From NCBI GenBank assembly GCA_044892505.1, contig CM097883.1:242358001-242422000 (forward strand): 64,000 nucleotides of DNA, in the 5' to 3' direction. Below, piece by piece: positions 21,201 through 27,241 of this stretch. Every line of letters begins with the position of its first letter. Position 1 is the stretch's first letter. The notes under the pieces were generated by a model. It saw only the letters and a program-made list of their open reading frames with translations. It ran no database searches and was not told where the DNA came from. The stretch comes from Schmidtea nova. Lineage: Eukaryota. Both the position numbers and the translations under genes were made by a program.

Positions 21201-21806
21201 ATCTCCGTTAAATGGTTCTCCTGAAAATTTATCCTTTATTTCTTCTCTTGGTTCACCCATTTCAATTCCGCTGTCTTGAGTTATTTTACTTTCGTTTCCT
21301 CTGGTTTCTAGTTCGTTGTTATGTTCGTCTTCTGTTTCACTCGAGCTTGAATCGCTTTCTGTTTCTCTTATTACTTCGTTATCCGATATTATACTTTCGT
21401 TATCACTCGCGTTGATTTCTATCTCTGGTTCTACCTCGTTTTCTACTTCTTCGATATTATCGTTGTTAGTTTCGTCGATTTCTCCTTCTTGTTCTATCTC
21501 GTGTTCTATTTCCTCGATATTATCGTCGATTTCTATTTCACTTGTTTGGTTCTCCTTGGGTTCCGCATGGTTTTCTTTGTTACTTGAGCAGTTGCTTGCT
21601 ACTGATAATTTATCGTTTTCGATAATCGATTTATCTCTTATTATTCTCCTCGCTTTACTCCCTTGTGGGTTCTTGTTGTTATCTTTGCCGGCTTTCTGCT
21701 TTTTTGCTGTTTTTGTTGTAGTACTAATTTTGTCTTTTTTGTTAATATTGCTGCCGACTTTCTTTTCCGTTGGCTTTACTACGACAATCTTTGCTCCTTT
21801 TCTCAA
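9213..21806 (-). CDS. 4197-aa polyprotein: Gag, UBL array, Bcl-2-like, Env, PR, RT, RNase H, IN, ankyrin
   Basis: Single uninterrupted ORF; domains listed separately. The TTG start is assigned by the ORF track; the first ATG is at 21260. Confidence 0.96.
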   Translation of the reverse strand: MRKGAKIVVVKPTEKKVGSNINKKDKISTTTKTAKKQKAGKDNNKNPQGSKARRIIRDKSIIENDKLSVASNCSSNKENHAEPKENQTSEIEIDDNIEEIEHEIEQEGEIDETNNDNIEEVENEVEPEIEINASDNESIISDNEVIRETESDSSSSETEDEHNNELETRGNESKITQDSGIEMGEPREEIKDKFSGEPFNGDASKLETFLKEFGIFVEVCKWKAETTVSRIQLYLKDSALDLYLEAKNGTNPPTSWTAIKDFFQQTFGINKVLSEAFIEFSMRKQKMNESNAVYASELKKLAKSVFKDGGPINEELMAAIFIGGLRRPDIRAQVGCQGCKTIDQALETANRFELHMIGSEGRIYLAMDTAQTEPQVNLNNHIPNSQQLNRPPPQRRNEGNKVQNFGNQNNYNPQGQTRQCKTCGKLGHWQQECYQNLNCGKCGVKGHSESRCSTIICFNCGRPGHYSRNCGQKSNQRGNWQSNGNRQNYGNQTNTVNRQDYGNQQVNNNNNQNKTTPKEIHLMQEVQRLTELINNTTRGNPQTNQQQISMMRKIESENERLNRESQARHAQEWARIQREDEQKQQERERQPLRINMLRATNQTDTREKETTLEMNSIDPNPADNKSQKKIVQKDEEVEKEIEKEVETETNQEEKREIWKRRMMVIMPNKSVFRFQYNVKEEVGILFNKVNQMVLGVTKLPREAFLQIEGAPKVKLELTDIWENMGVVETKRNVMIIKEIEPEEIPPPVRHETRISRIFKGKMIRRRLKEIDELEKKMRKVEVIEDKSEPTSEIDKNEPEPTENIQGETNQIAHINMLRNTTREFSDEEEDSDISSLAGDILNESEDENQEREVIKTSEPTQIKVDEIQKLLDNSLEVIYNEEFMDKKQYRKFMKALLQMNYKEWLQDREVDMLNRYVGKLIEEPLLNYTISIIINTSTPRIWIKTPFTDDIYRWVEDRLGSSYKNKFIYSQNRLVKKRTHLVETGIWPGEITLLSICDEKEEENLQEVAKEANMCFERRIKPRLEYEKERVLRKNLNSLIEQIIPQVKKHRKELMRSEYEKLKRCIECIRDTSHTRWSQISHDKLIAKMGKIMFRQGKITDLKISVELPNEDTKEIEVVADCTIKELINVINETLVQREPEDEWEDDIIIQYNEHVLWDHDERRLYKIGIWDNHQTIHVIRMDDTPRETAKDEKRERERRKEVVRKLQQIVEIYRNWRIWPEWENVLEELNLNRRIRTPVEKQWNKKGKCWEPKEGEYEEEYERGMEDDCEPEMGRVCMVTRKATPIDLDGPETAAMWLEREKQKTEEFVEILKTNAHGKRKVIKGLADFFVVNGEDITCLRKVAKAIAEYKRVNEWCPEQLDHVIRKWRNQEFSQEIPQKVHLRIIYPNKDKEELWVGIAEKIRDIKKKLRYEPPFHLQHQGRSLDNSLEIGITPAQLDLMNTLTVEAIAGQPLKRKEENHKPHGSISTPSPMKSVLTPGTSSRRSETTPRGTRESTPPQPYDVDEILTDSDDMIEELTELTKEKDDNIFERIQELPTTIQVTNTGETEVEQEIIIEEVNDLTEDETRGAYAENVQLTQEMERWLEERANEPRDVTEETGRATRFVETGTGMDRRPRGRPKTDPANVVIRNKDEKRQDQWELCLRKLNKIAEIKEKETTPICQGEEWISKTIMEILAIIDPELRKYWRITEISEKAKSLHSAIAPILPEFIKEKTKSNHLDWQGTTTLIKKLTEGAETDNKYIIAIAYTIYNLLTLSRGRPKPTALERHIKNTAKIIAREIEPYVINKGGWETFIKNNQKKTQAKNMKKKFEKILEELEKEQAGTGNAKSSMNLSSIIMMMLIWMISTDSATAFEVFDCDQMKLGEKYSLRGTEQCKDATPVELQKIKKEQWYHVYQEAELIKTMVNECKVQKTRFAFYCGRGHYSAIVMPGTEREPIVLQGEDCEALFKHGEVTTRDKIKIRGKPGMMLQQTYYVAGRITGGEGYCQGETYPIFGTPATNLVVMDTYIVELKSYEAFFEPTTGEMKTLSMCKIDRSMCQTGMSTLVYKPKVNECQLQLLQGAQFDEIQGKTFQEEDDDDKARAKHLKEALENKRQLKPDHREKRIEMRATPTVLITTNQDVGMRFIKGKATLKCSTTVYETNYPGIYVSKQEVPNAKPKIDTMDIKLHLYVNNKMDFLFHRGQASLQKVYYDLINNDCILNREILKTKLAVAITNPDSAMPLLPLREGHFGRVVGEAMYVYICEKTHASLAATTQLKPGTCTNELEIDYKGKVRYVQPVTRIINPPGFEPNPFNCSNAYGPLYQKPDGKWVMFPGRAEVIAPREFELMQLSKDRQFSDVDVSNNGIYSPKDLEAARQNILFPARREALLLNIVTITGGTDYREGPNYELLLSPAHFKKATENMMKAMWGRFLIFGQMMAGILGVILIIQIVRVIITQMLACFDIYKREKKVNWKMVVGFLPFLAKTMVLHGHSKDIHRIKRLLKILAKMKGTDEEVGRKFKKIMNDEQARQQLKRERKGLWERMKGYKTQNDSSDDDDDDDDYKGGQVYKNQAPQYIEKNPADAWKCYAPPPTMYQEPLQGGKNSTMQMMPMTNVYPMIPEDYKMRRCRSVDPQGDTHTIAVMSSNTGPVLTTTIEINGREIEAMIDTGANISAIDIKWIPQEQRREIERTNVHVIACSKEIVEVAGRWWVKIRHLNTEIDTYVAVIPALSVPCIIGTDLMPALFKEIVIDLGTMRLKDRTGQICAIEAKVTSSKQMIIPARKEKICYVKIDPTIQGDMIFEPSKRFEKRKALPMARGLVNINDDGEIPINVVNFDEEDKIIYENERLGKLTPMMDIELPIEGAEKDKEPTWNIDSELLNEDQRKQLEKLMIEYKDIFAASDLDLGTCDVTLHTIPLTDETPIALRPYKLAEAQKAVAEAEVKKMLDAEVIEPSCSPWQFPVVMVKKKDGTQRFCIDYRRLNTVTKRDTYPLPDINEMLLTLQGAAYFTSLDLKSGYWQIKMKEEDKEKTAFTIGRDLYQFRKMPFGLTNAPASFQRCMNFVTHGIKQCMVYIDDLLIYSSTLEQHIQDIRDVFVRLRQWKLKLKPSKCDWAKEKVTFLGYIVSAKGKEPDPRNIDKVKECPVPKTITQIQEFLRLCGYYRKFIKDYAGIAKPIQELVKKDVSFIWGDEQQTAFETLRDKLITAPILVHPDFKKPFLLATDASGYAAGAVLGQYDDEGKERVIGYYSRTFKKHEKNYSVTEREALAIILAIKHFKYLLWGHIICITTDHQPLVWLGQHKETSSRLMRWAMQLQEYSPDIKFKSGRANANADCMSRLTFPELTDPDVQRICVLIAEDLDFSELKRDQQEDKELGQIIEFLTSRNMEVFKDNKELKEHIGKYQHRYILSKEWLLIQDGVKKLMCLPENRRKEIMIQYHDGKLGGHMSEKKTINRMRQKYYWRTMEEDIKEWIKNCLTCATRKDSGKKWKNPLQPMPIPAEPMTTIAMDVIGPLPESLNGNIYILVITDYLTKFPEAFAMQDQKAKTVAKILVEEICCRYGTPKQILTDQGTNFMSELLNEVTNYFRIAKLRTSPYHPQTNGQTERFNGTLIRMLSNYVSRHQTDWDEYIKLCLMAYRMSIHAATKLSPFQLMYGRECNMPIDLEYQPPLSQYMEDDDYVTKFKERMQEIWKTAELNIKFYQESYKDLHDQKKNVKANDLKPGDWVIIETPEIIPGTVKKLQRPGRGPYEIIYKKDNNVKVKLINRPLIRPIYVNTCRCKKVPKTITTTPENRIITRSQTARINMLRANTSEDDKAEVRQKEIRNKEIILKAREIMGRWHVKDEVGISRDIRHIISRYAQGLPTEPIISELLEKIPEILLLKDVGGQPALHNAIECKNIERAKEFLKMAKETNQNLDVGNREQETPIMTAAIHQADKEMIDLLIKAHFSWTERDREDKTVLNHVIWSSHQPMLKYIIANSTWEIDELIKGDIIKEAIKIGKCNTIRKLIKWKRPEDDTWVLDINEVYSEGQNALLRYLLKFTCDQKTLLTLLDRGNINITKNEEEHKFDKEKEALFNKIRKWCAKPLDKLITYKDINNFNEKYQTIVNEYDELVKILNHPEKCKQVLEKKERESNRKLTPLFKAEAPYQARLDAIQEKAKELLPEFENSKHALEILGALVEKVHAYAKGTYNGNDITTIKKEMPVTFFTTKGRNNAHT
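9900..10220 (-). other. Ankyrin-repeat block fused downstream of integrase (approximate bounds)
   Basis: GQPALHNAI, QETPIMTAAI, DKTVLNHVI repeats. Confidence 0.85.
10600..11600 (-). other. Integrase (HHCC zinc finger, DDE core, GPY/F motif; no chromodomain seen); approximate bounds
   Basis: YHDGKLGGH..CLTC; AMDVIGPLP; TDQGTNF; NGQTERFN; GPYEI. Confidence 0.95.
11860..13060 (-). other. Reverse transcriptase and RNase H (approximate bounds)
   Basis: YIDD at 12636-12647; TDASGYAAGAVLGQ; NYSVTEREALA; TDHQPL. Confidence 0.97.
13310..13920 (-). other. Aspartic protease followed by a degenerate dUTPase-like linker (approximate bounds)
   Basis: AMIDTGANIS (DTG at 13854-13862) and IIGTDLM. The linker IIPARKE..MIFEPS..ARGLV..IPINVVN resembles the PR-RT spacer of many gypsy elements. 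Confidence 0.85.
14200..16310 (-). other. env: Envelope glycoprotein, chuvirus/gB-like class III fusogen (approximate bounds)
   Basis: Internal signal MNLSSIIMMMLIWMISTDSATA then FEVFDC; CKVQKTRFAFYCG; LHLYVNNKMDFL; C-terminal MWGRFLIFGQMMAGILGVILII TM. These match my recollection of chuvirus-type glycoproteins. Confidence 0.8.
16415..16900 (-). other. Bcl-2-like domain (approximate bounds)
   Basis: EIEPYVINKGGWETFIK is BH2-like (compare HTWIQDNGGWDAFVE); a degenerate BH1-position helix NKYIIAIAYTIYNLL precedes it at plausible spacing. Confidence 0.7.
17450..19810 (-). other. Array of 3-4 ubiquitin-like domains with helical spacers (approximate bounds)
   Basis: LKISVELPNEDTKEIEV..CTIKEL..IIQYNEHVL..LYKIGI..TIHVI and VHLRIIYPN..KIRDIKKKL..LQHQGRSL follow the ubiquitin pattern. 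Confidence 0.65.
20396..21260 (-). other. gag: Gag capsid-like domain and three CCHC zinc knuckles
   Basis: FNGDASKLETFLKEF..LYLKDSALDLY..FIGGL; CKTCGKLGHWQQEC, CGKCGVKGHSESRC, CFNCGRPGHYSRNC. Confidence 0.93.
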
Positions 21807-22381
21807 GGGGATTACTTTTGTATACTCAATTTTCTTGTCCTATCTCTTATCGTGTTCTGATTCTTCTTGCTTGATTGATTGATTTGATTGATTTGTATAT
21901 CTAAAATACAAAGGTCCTCAACGATACATTATTGTTATCGTCGCGCTTTTATTCCCTTTCTTTCGGGATTACTTATTACTGGGTTTTCATTATTTCCCAA
22001 TTCCCAGATTCCCCTTTATTTTTAGTCTATTTAAATTATCTATAGACTGGTCACAATTATCTATTTATGTCGTAATAATTATCTATACTTTATAAATCAA
22101 TTACTTTTCCCACAGTTTCCCAATTTATTGGTCGCTCGAGCGCTCTAATTCCCTGAGTCTTTCTGACTCGTTTATCGTTATTTTATCATCTTTATTCATT
22201 ATTCCCTGTTAGCAATTGTTTTACTCATTCTGCCGGTTGCTCCGGTCAGCTCAAATCTCTACTATTCTCCTTGCATGCTTTATTTAAGGTTGCATAATCA
22301 GCTTTACTCGCATTCTCTTAACTACTAGTGCGCACTACTCTAAATCTCGTCGACGATTACACTATGGGTCTATATTCCCTC

Positions 22382-22934
22382 TGTAGTGGCACGGTTCATT
22401 CATATATTAAATTACAAAAAATTAAAAATTGTTTTGTAAAAAACTTGTTATTTAAAAATTGTAGTTTAAAAATTAATTTTATAAAAAGTTGTTTAAAACT
22501 ATCAAAAGTTGTAAATAAAAATAAATATTTGTTATCTTAATTTAAAAGTGTTTTCTTAAATGGCTTCCAGTATTTCATTCATTAATATTGAATATTTGAC
22601 ATTTAATCACTGCAAACAATCGGATTATACCAATAGCGAAGAAGTCATTCAATTACAATTCAATGATCTCTTTGGATTACTAAGAACTGAGGCCAAGCTT
22701 AATAATAATCTTTCATCAAAGGACGATTTTGAAAGGCTATTCAAAACATGGATTCCATCTGTTGATAATCAGTATGAACAGACAATTAATGAGCCATTCC
22801 ATGATGCGATTTTATTCCACAGTACTCAAAGTCGACTCAGTAGAAGTTTAACAAATTTAAAGATAAAAACAGATACTGACTCAAACATAATGCTAGAAGG
22901 TTTCGAGAAGGCGCACTACGCCCGAAACACTTCA
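22382..22934 (+). repeat. 5' LTR of the nested element (553 bp)
   Basis: Starts TGTAGTG, ends CACTTCA; its last 147 bp (22788-22934) repeat at 25585-25731 with one mismatch seen. Confidence 0.88.
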
Positions 22935-24323
22935 TTGGTGTCAGAAGTGAAAGAAAGCCACACCTCCTGGCTAAGAAAAATTGTAAGTAATTTTTATATG
23001 AGTGTAATTTTTGCCGCTCCATTGGTTCCCCCTCGCATTAGCCCAGTCCATTTAAGGGAAAACGGGACAACCACTTTCATCAATAGCCAACACACCTTTT
23101 TATCTCCTCACACTTTTATCCCTCATAAATCAGATCACGCCATCCACTTCCGTTTCGGTATGAGATTTTTCAGTGTCCGCATCTCCACACCATCTTACGA
23201 TGCATTTTCACAGGCAGTTTGCCAAATTTTTAAACAACATTCATATGATTTTTACGTCACACAAAACGGCATTATATTAAATTCTCTGTCTGACATCTCA
23301 GAGACCGTCATCGTACAAGTTAACCTAAGAGCACGGGGAGGCATGAAAGACGGGGACACGGATACCAACGACATTGAAATTCACCCACACCCATTCACGG
23401 CTCCTTCGTTCTTTCTGGACGCAGATAAATCCCCAAAAGCGTGGCTCATTTTGGTCAACATCGCACTCGAAGAAAGTGGACGTTTCACGCCCTACAAAAA
23501 ATTCTCCGCTTTAATTATATCTCTCCCAGCGGAAATCCTATCAAAAATAGCGCATCTTACCGAACAACTTAGTAACAGCACAAACCCCTATCTGGCACTT
23601 AAATCAGCCATCACCGAACTTTATCTAGAACCTGTGAAAGACGTTTTTGAACGTGTTTTCAAGGAGCAATCATTGGGATCAGACCTCCCTTCGGTTTTTT
23701 TGAAACGCTCCATAGAAAGCCTCGAACGCCTCAAAGTAGGCATCACTAAGGATGATACAGTACTCCGTCATTCTTTCCTTTCCGCACTTCCAATCCAGAC
23801 GAGAGCGATTCTTTCAGTTGCGGAAACAACCTCTTTAGACAAATTAGCGGAAATGGCCGATAAGATCTCTGCGATCTCCTTAGCACCTAAACCTTGTCTT
23901 TCCTTAACTACAGAAGCACATCCACCAGTTACATCACACTCAACGAGCACTCCCTCGACCATGATCGAAGAGAGGCTCACGGCAGCCCTCGAAAACTTAG
24001 GTAACAGACTGAGCCGTTTGGAGGACCACCAGACCAAATGCCGCAGGAAACGTTTTTTTAACAGCAAATCTCCTAAGAGAACTCCATCCGCAGGTGGTAA
24101 ACTAATTTGTCGCCTACACTTAAAATTCCAGAAAAACGCGAGATGGTGCGCAATCGGCTGCGCTTGGCGCAATCGTTCGAACGACTGCAAGAACTCAGAT
24201 GTGTGGATATACCATGACAGGTTTCGCACTGACGCAAGACGTTGCCTTCAAGGTTGCAAACATTTCACAAATTTTGCGAACCAATCATTAACCACCGAAG
24301 AATTCAACTCCTCAAAAAACTGA
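22560..24323 (+). CDS. gag: Nested Gag with an N-terminal ubiquitin-like domain ending LRARGG
   Basis: SPKAW..KKFSAL..NPYLALKSAI..FLSALP..LDKLAEMADKI; two H..F..AR.C..GC motifs; A AAA AAC slippery heptamer at 24314-24320 just before the stop. Confidence 0.88.
   Translation: MASSISFINIEYLTFNHCKQSDYTNSEEVIQLQFNDLFGLLRTEAKLNNNLSSKDDFERLFKTWIPSVDNQYEQTINEPFHDAILFHSTQSRLSRSLTNLKIKTDTDSNIMLEGFEKAHYARNTSLVSEVKESHTSWLRKIVSNFYMSVIFAAPLVPPRISPVHLRENGTTTFINSQHTFLSPHTFIPHKSDHAIHFRFGMRFFSVRISTPSYDAFSQAVCQIFKQHSYDFYVTQNGIILNSLSDISETVIVQVNLRARGGMKDGDTDTNDIEIHPHPFTAPSFFLDADKSPKAWLILVNIALEESGRFTPYKKFSALIISLPAEILSKIAHLTEQLSNSTNPYLALKSAITELYLEPVKDVFERVFKEQSLGSDLPSVFLKRSIESLERLKVGITKDDTVLRHSFLSALPIQTRAILSVAETTSLDKLAEMADKISAISLAPKPCLSLTTEAHPPVTSHSTSTPSTMIEERLTAALENLGNRLSRLEDHQTKCRRKRFFNSKSPKRTPSAGGKLICRLHLKFQKNARWCAIGCAWRNRSNDCKNSDVWIYHDRFRTDARRCLQGCKHFTNFANQSLTTEEFNSSKN
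22936..22949 (+). promoter_or_regulatory. PBS of the nested element (tRNA-Leu-like)
   Basis: TGGTGTCAGAAGTG one nt after the LTR end; matches the known tRNA-Leu PBS TGGTGTCAGAAGTGGGAT. Confidence 0.9.
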
Positions 24324-24439
24324 TCACCCCGTTTCTTCTTGCGGCAGAAGTAGGCGGTAATCATCCACACAATTTTTTTCTCAAACTCTTCTCACCTAGT
24401 TTTTCTTTTCTCTCATCTCCTTCTCTCAATTCTCCCGAA

Positions 24440-25589
24440 AATTCACTTTCTGATAGATACCGGATCGAGTCTTTCACTACTCCCCATTTCTTTCAGCGCT
24501 GATAACAACACAACTTATACACTCCGCGCTGCTAATGGCAATTACATCACAACCCGCGGTTGTCTACCAGTCACGTTCCGCATTGAGAACCTACCGGACG
24601 AGTATACTTGGACTTTCTCCATTGCCGAGATAAGCTGTCCCATATTGGGGATGGATTTCCTATCTGCCAACCATTTGTTAATAGATTGCTCGAAACACCG
24701 TCTTGCTAAATGTAACGATCCAACCCTCCCCACATCTTCTGCTATTTTGAGCACAACTCCTGATAATTCTAACACTTCACCCCATGACTCCGGTCATTCG
24801 AGATTCATCAATGAACAACTGAACCTCCACCCTCAACTATTAAAACGCTCAAATGATTCAAAATCCTCAAATCCCAGCTACTACCATAGAATTGAAACTT
24901 CTCCTTCTCTCCCTCTCCGAGAACGTTTCAGACCACTGTCAGGAGACAAACTCAATTTCCTTCGAGAAGAAATCCAAAATCTCTTAAATACTGGTGTTAT
25001 TCGACGTTCAGCCTCACCATGGGCCTCACCAGTACACATAGTTGCCAAACATGACGGTAAATTCAGGGCATGTGGGGACTATCGTCGTCTAAACGCGATT
25101 ACCATACATGATTCGTACCCCATGCCCCTCATCAATGACGTCTTATCTAGATTGTCACATGCTTCAGTTTTTTCGACACTGGATTTGGTGAAAGCATACC
25201 ACCAAATACCGGTACATGACATGGATGTGCCTAAAACTGCGATAATAACTCCCTTAGGCCTATTCGAGTATTTACGTATGCCATTCGGACTGAGGAACGC
25301 AGCGCAAACGTTCCAACGTCATATAGATGGCGTTCTTTCTAAATTAGATTTCGCCGTTGCCTACGTCGACGACATTATCGTCGGATCTTCCTCACAGGCA
25401 CAACATTACGAAGATTTACAGAAAGTTTTAGAAGCCTTAGCCAATAATAATCTTCAAATTAATCCTTCGAAATGTTGTTTCTTTCGTCCTGAAGTACAAT
25501 TTCTGGGGCATTTCGTCTCTGGGTCTGGCATCCGCCCCCTACCATCTCGGTTGAAATCCATCAATGATTTTCCTATTCCAGGAAAATGA
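24440..25589 (+). pseudogene. pol: Nested pol fragment: protease and RT, truncated
   Basis: FLIDTGSSLSLLP in frame with ORF 24645-25589; FRACGDYRRLN, LDLVKAYHQIP, MPFGLRNAAQTFQ, YVDDI. Breaks off into the 3' LTR remnant. Confidence 0.93.
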
Positions 25590-25731
25590 GCCATTCCATG
25601 ATGCGATTTTATTCCACAGTACTCAAAGTCGACTCAGTAGAAGTTTAACAAATTTAAAGATAAAAACAGATACTGACTCAAACATAATGCTAGAAGGTTT
25701 CGAGAAGGCGCAATACGCCCGAAACACTTCA
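25585..25731 (+). repeat. 3' LTR remnant of the nested element
   Basis: 147-bp copy of 22788-22934, followed by TSD CCCTC. Confidence 0.9.
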
Positions 25732-25772
25732 CCCTCTATTACTATTTATCCGGATATCTCTATAGTTCACTA

Positions 25773-26027
25773 TGGCTCTTCTGGCCTCAATTTAATATCT
25801 CAACTGGCTCTATTGGCCTTAATTAACGTCTCAACTGGCTCTATTGGCCTCAATTTTATCTCTCATACGGCTCTATTGGCCTCAATTTAATCTCTTAAAT
25901 GGCTCTATTGGCCTCAATTTAATCTCTCAAACGGCTCTATAGGCCTCAATTTAATCTCTCATATGGCTCTATTGGCCTCAATTTAATCTCTCATATGGCT
26001 CTATTGGCCTCAATTTAATCTCTCCAT
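25773..26027. repeat. Tandem array, about 8 copies of a 32-bp unit (TGGCTCTATTGGCCTCAATTTAATCTCTCATA)
   Basis: Read directly; adjacent copies with no unique spacers. Confidence 0.92.
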
Positions 26028-26066
26028 AACGCCTAGCTAGGTCATTCAATATGGCTCATTGGCCTC

Positions 26067-26300
26067 AACCCTTTTTTTCAAAGGACAAACCGCTAATAAC
26101 CCTTTGTTTCAAGGGACAAATCTCATAACCCTTTGTTTCAAGGGACAAATCTCATAACCCTTTGTTTCAAGGGACAAATCTCCCAACCCTTTGTTTCAAG
26201 GGACAAATCTCATAACCCTTTGTTTCAAGGGACAAATCTCCTAACCCTTTGTTTCAAGGGACAAATCTCCTAACCCTTTGTTTCAAGGGACAAATCTCCT
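26067..26300. repeat. Tandem array, about 8 copies of a 29-bp hairpin unit (AACCCTTTGTTTCAAGGGACAAATCTCAT)
   Basis: Read directly; each unit contains the CCCTT..AAGGG inverted repeat. Confidence 0.93.
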
Positions 26301-26779
26301 AACTTTGCTTAACCGGTTAATTATAATTCTTAACTTCGCTAGCGATTAATATTTCTCAGCTGAGTTATAACTACTTCTATGCGAGCTGACTATGCACCTT
26401 TTATTCTCTCAAAATTGTCATTTATCTCTCTATTCTATCGTGCTTATTTACTGATCAGTCTGCTTCAACTTTTTATTTATTTTTCTCTATGCGCGCTTTA
26501 CTCCATCACGATTTCCCTATCTCTCTCCCCAACCAAAATATACAAAAAGATCGCGTTGGTCCATTAATGCAGGATGTGGTGATCAATCACTTCACAAAAA
26601 CTTTCCAACATTTGCGATGGGCCCCTTTCTATACACCCTGACTAGGTTGATCAATCGGTACCTCCCAATGGATTCTTATCGGACTACTTTGTAGTAGCTC
26701 AAAAATTATTTAAATACAACAATTGTACCCATGATTTCATCATTAGTAAACCAATAAAACTCCATTTAAACATCATTTA

Positions 26780-27241
26780 TTATAAATATACAGTAATTTT
26801 ATCAGCTATTCTCAGGTCGCACATAGGACATAGGTCGCACTTGCTGGCACATATTCTACAAAAACGAAAATGTCCGCAAGGTAAAAACATAATTTGTATC
26901 TCGCTATCCTCACATATATAGCACTGTCGGTATTTTTTCGCTGCTTCTACCCCCTGCGCCCTCCATCGATTGTATGTCGGGGTTAATTGTTGTTCTATTT
27001 GCCTGCATCTAATGTTTAGCTCCGCATTTTCTAATCGTGCTCTGTACCATTTGTAGCGGGTTTTTATGTCGATTTTTCTTATTCTTTCTGTTATCTTTAT
27101 TAATTCATCCGTCTCCTCAGTCTGTGTTGTGGGTTCCTGAAATTCAATCTCTCTAAATCGGTTTATTTTCTTGCCAATCGTTTCTAATGTATCGCTTTCT
27201 GTGTTGAGAAATTCTTCGATTTCTTTCAGTTTTTCCTCCAT
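26780..27241 (-). CDS. Accessory protein with a C-terminal IAP/MDM2-type RING (probable E3 ligase)
   Basis: CYICEDSEIQIMFLPCGHFRFCRICASKCDLCPMCDLRIADKITVYL at the extreme C-terminus; helical N-terminus; no BIR domain seen. Confidence 0.9.
   Translation of the reverse strand: MEEKLKEIEEFLNTESDTLETIGKKINRFREIEFQEPTTQTEETDELIKITERIRKIDIKTRYKWYRARLENAELNIRCRQIEQQLTPTYNRWRAQGVEAAKKYRQCYICEDSEIQIMFLPCGHFRFCRICASKCDLCPMCDLRIADKITVYL

Larger units (their letters stand above)
22382..25731 (+). mobile_element. Nested, internally deleted Ty3/Gypsy element (CsRn1/Kabuki-like)
   Basis: 5-bp TSD CCCTC at 22377-22381 and 25732-25736. LTR ends TGTAGTG..CACTTCA. PBS follows the LTR. gag and PR-RT present; RNase H, integrase and PPT missing. 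Confidence 0.92.

Noticed and set aside
1524-21882. Many plus-strand hydrophobic ORFs (F/L/S-rich)
   Set aside because: Antisense shadows of the A-rich coding strand; no motifs recognised.
25564-25890. 108-aa ORF sharing sequence with the nested Gag N-terminus
   Set aside because: Explained by the 3' LTR remnant running into the tandem array.
25773-26300. CRISPR-like appearance of the two arrays
   Set aside because: Units are adjacent with no unique spacers, there are no cas genes, and the context is a eukaryotic retroelement.
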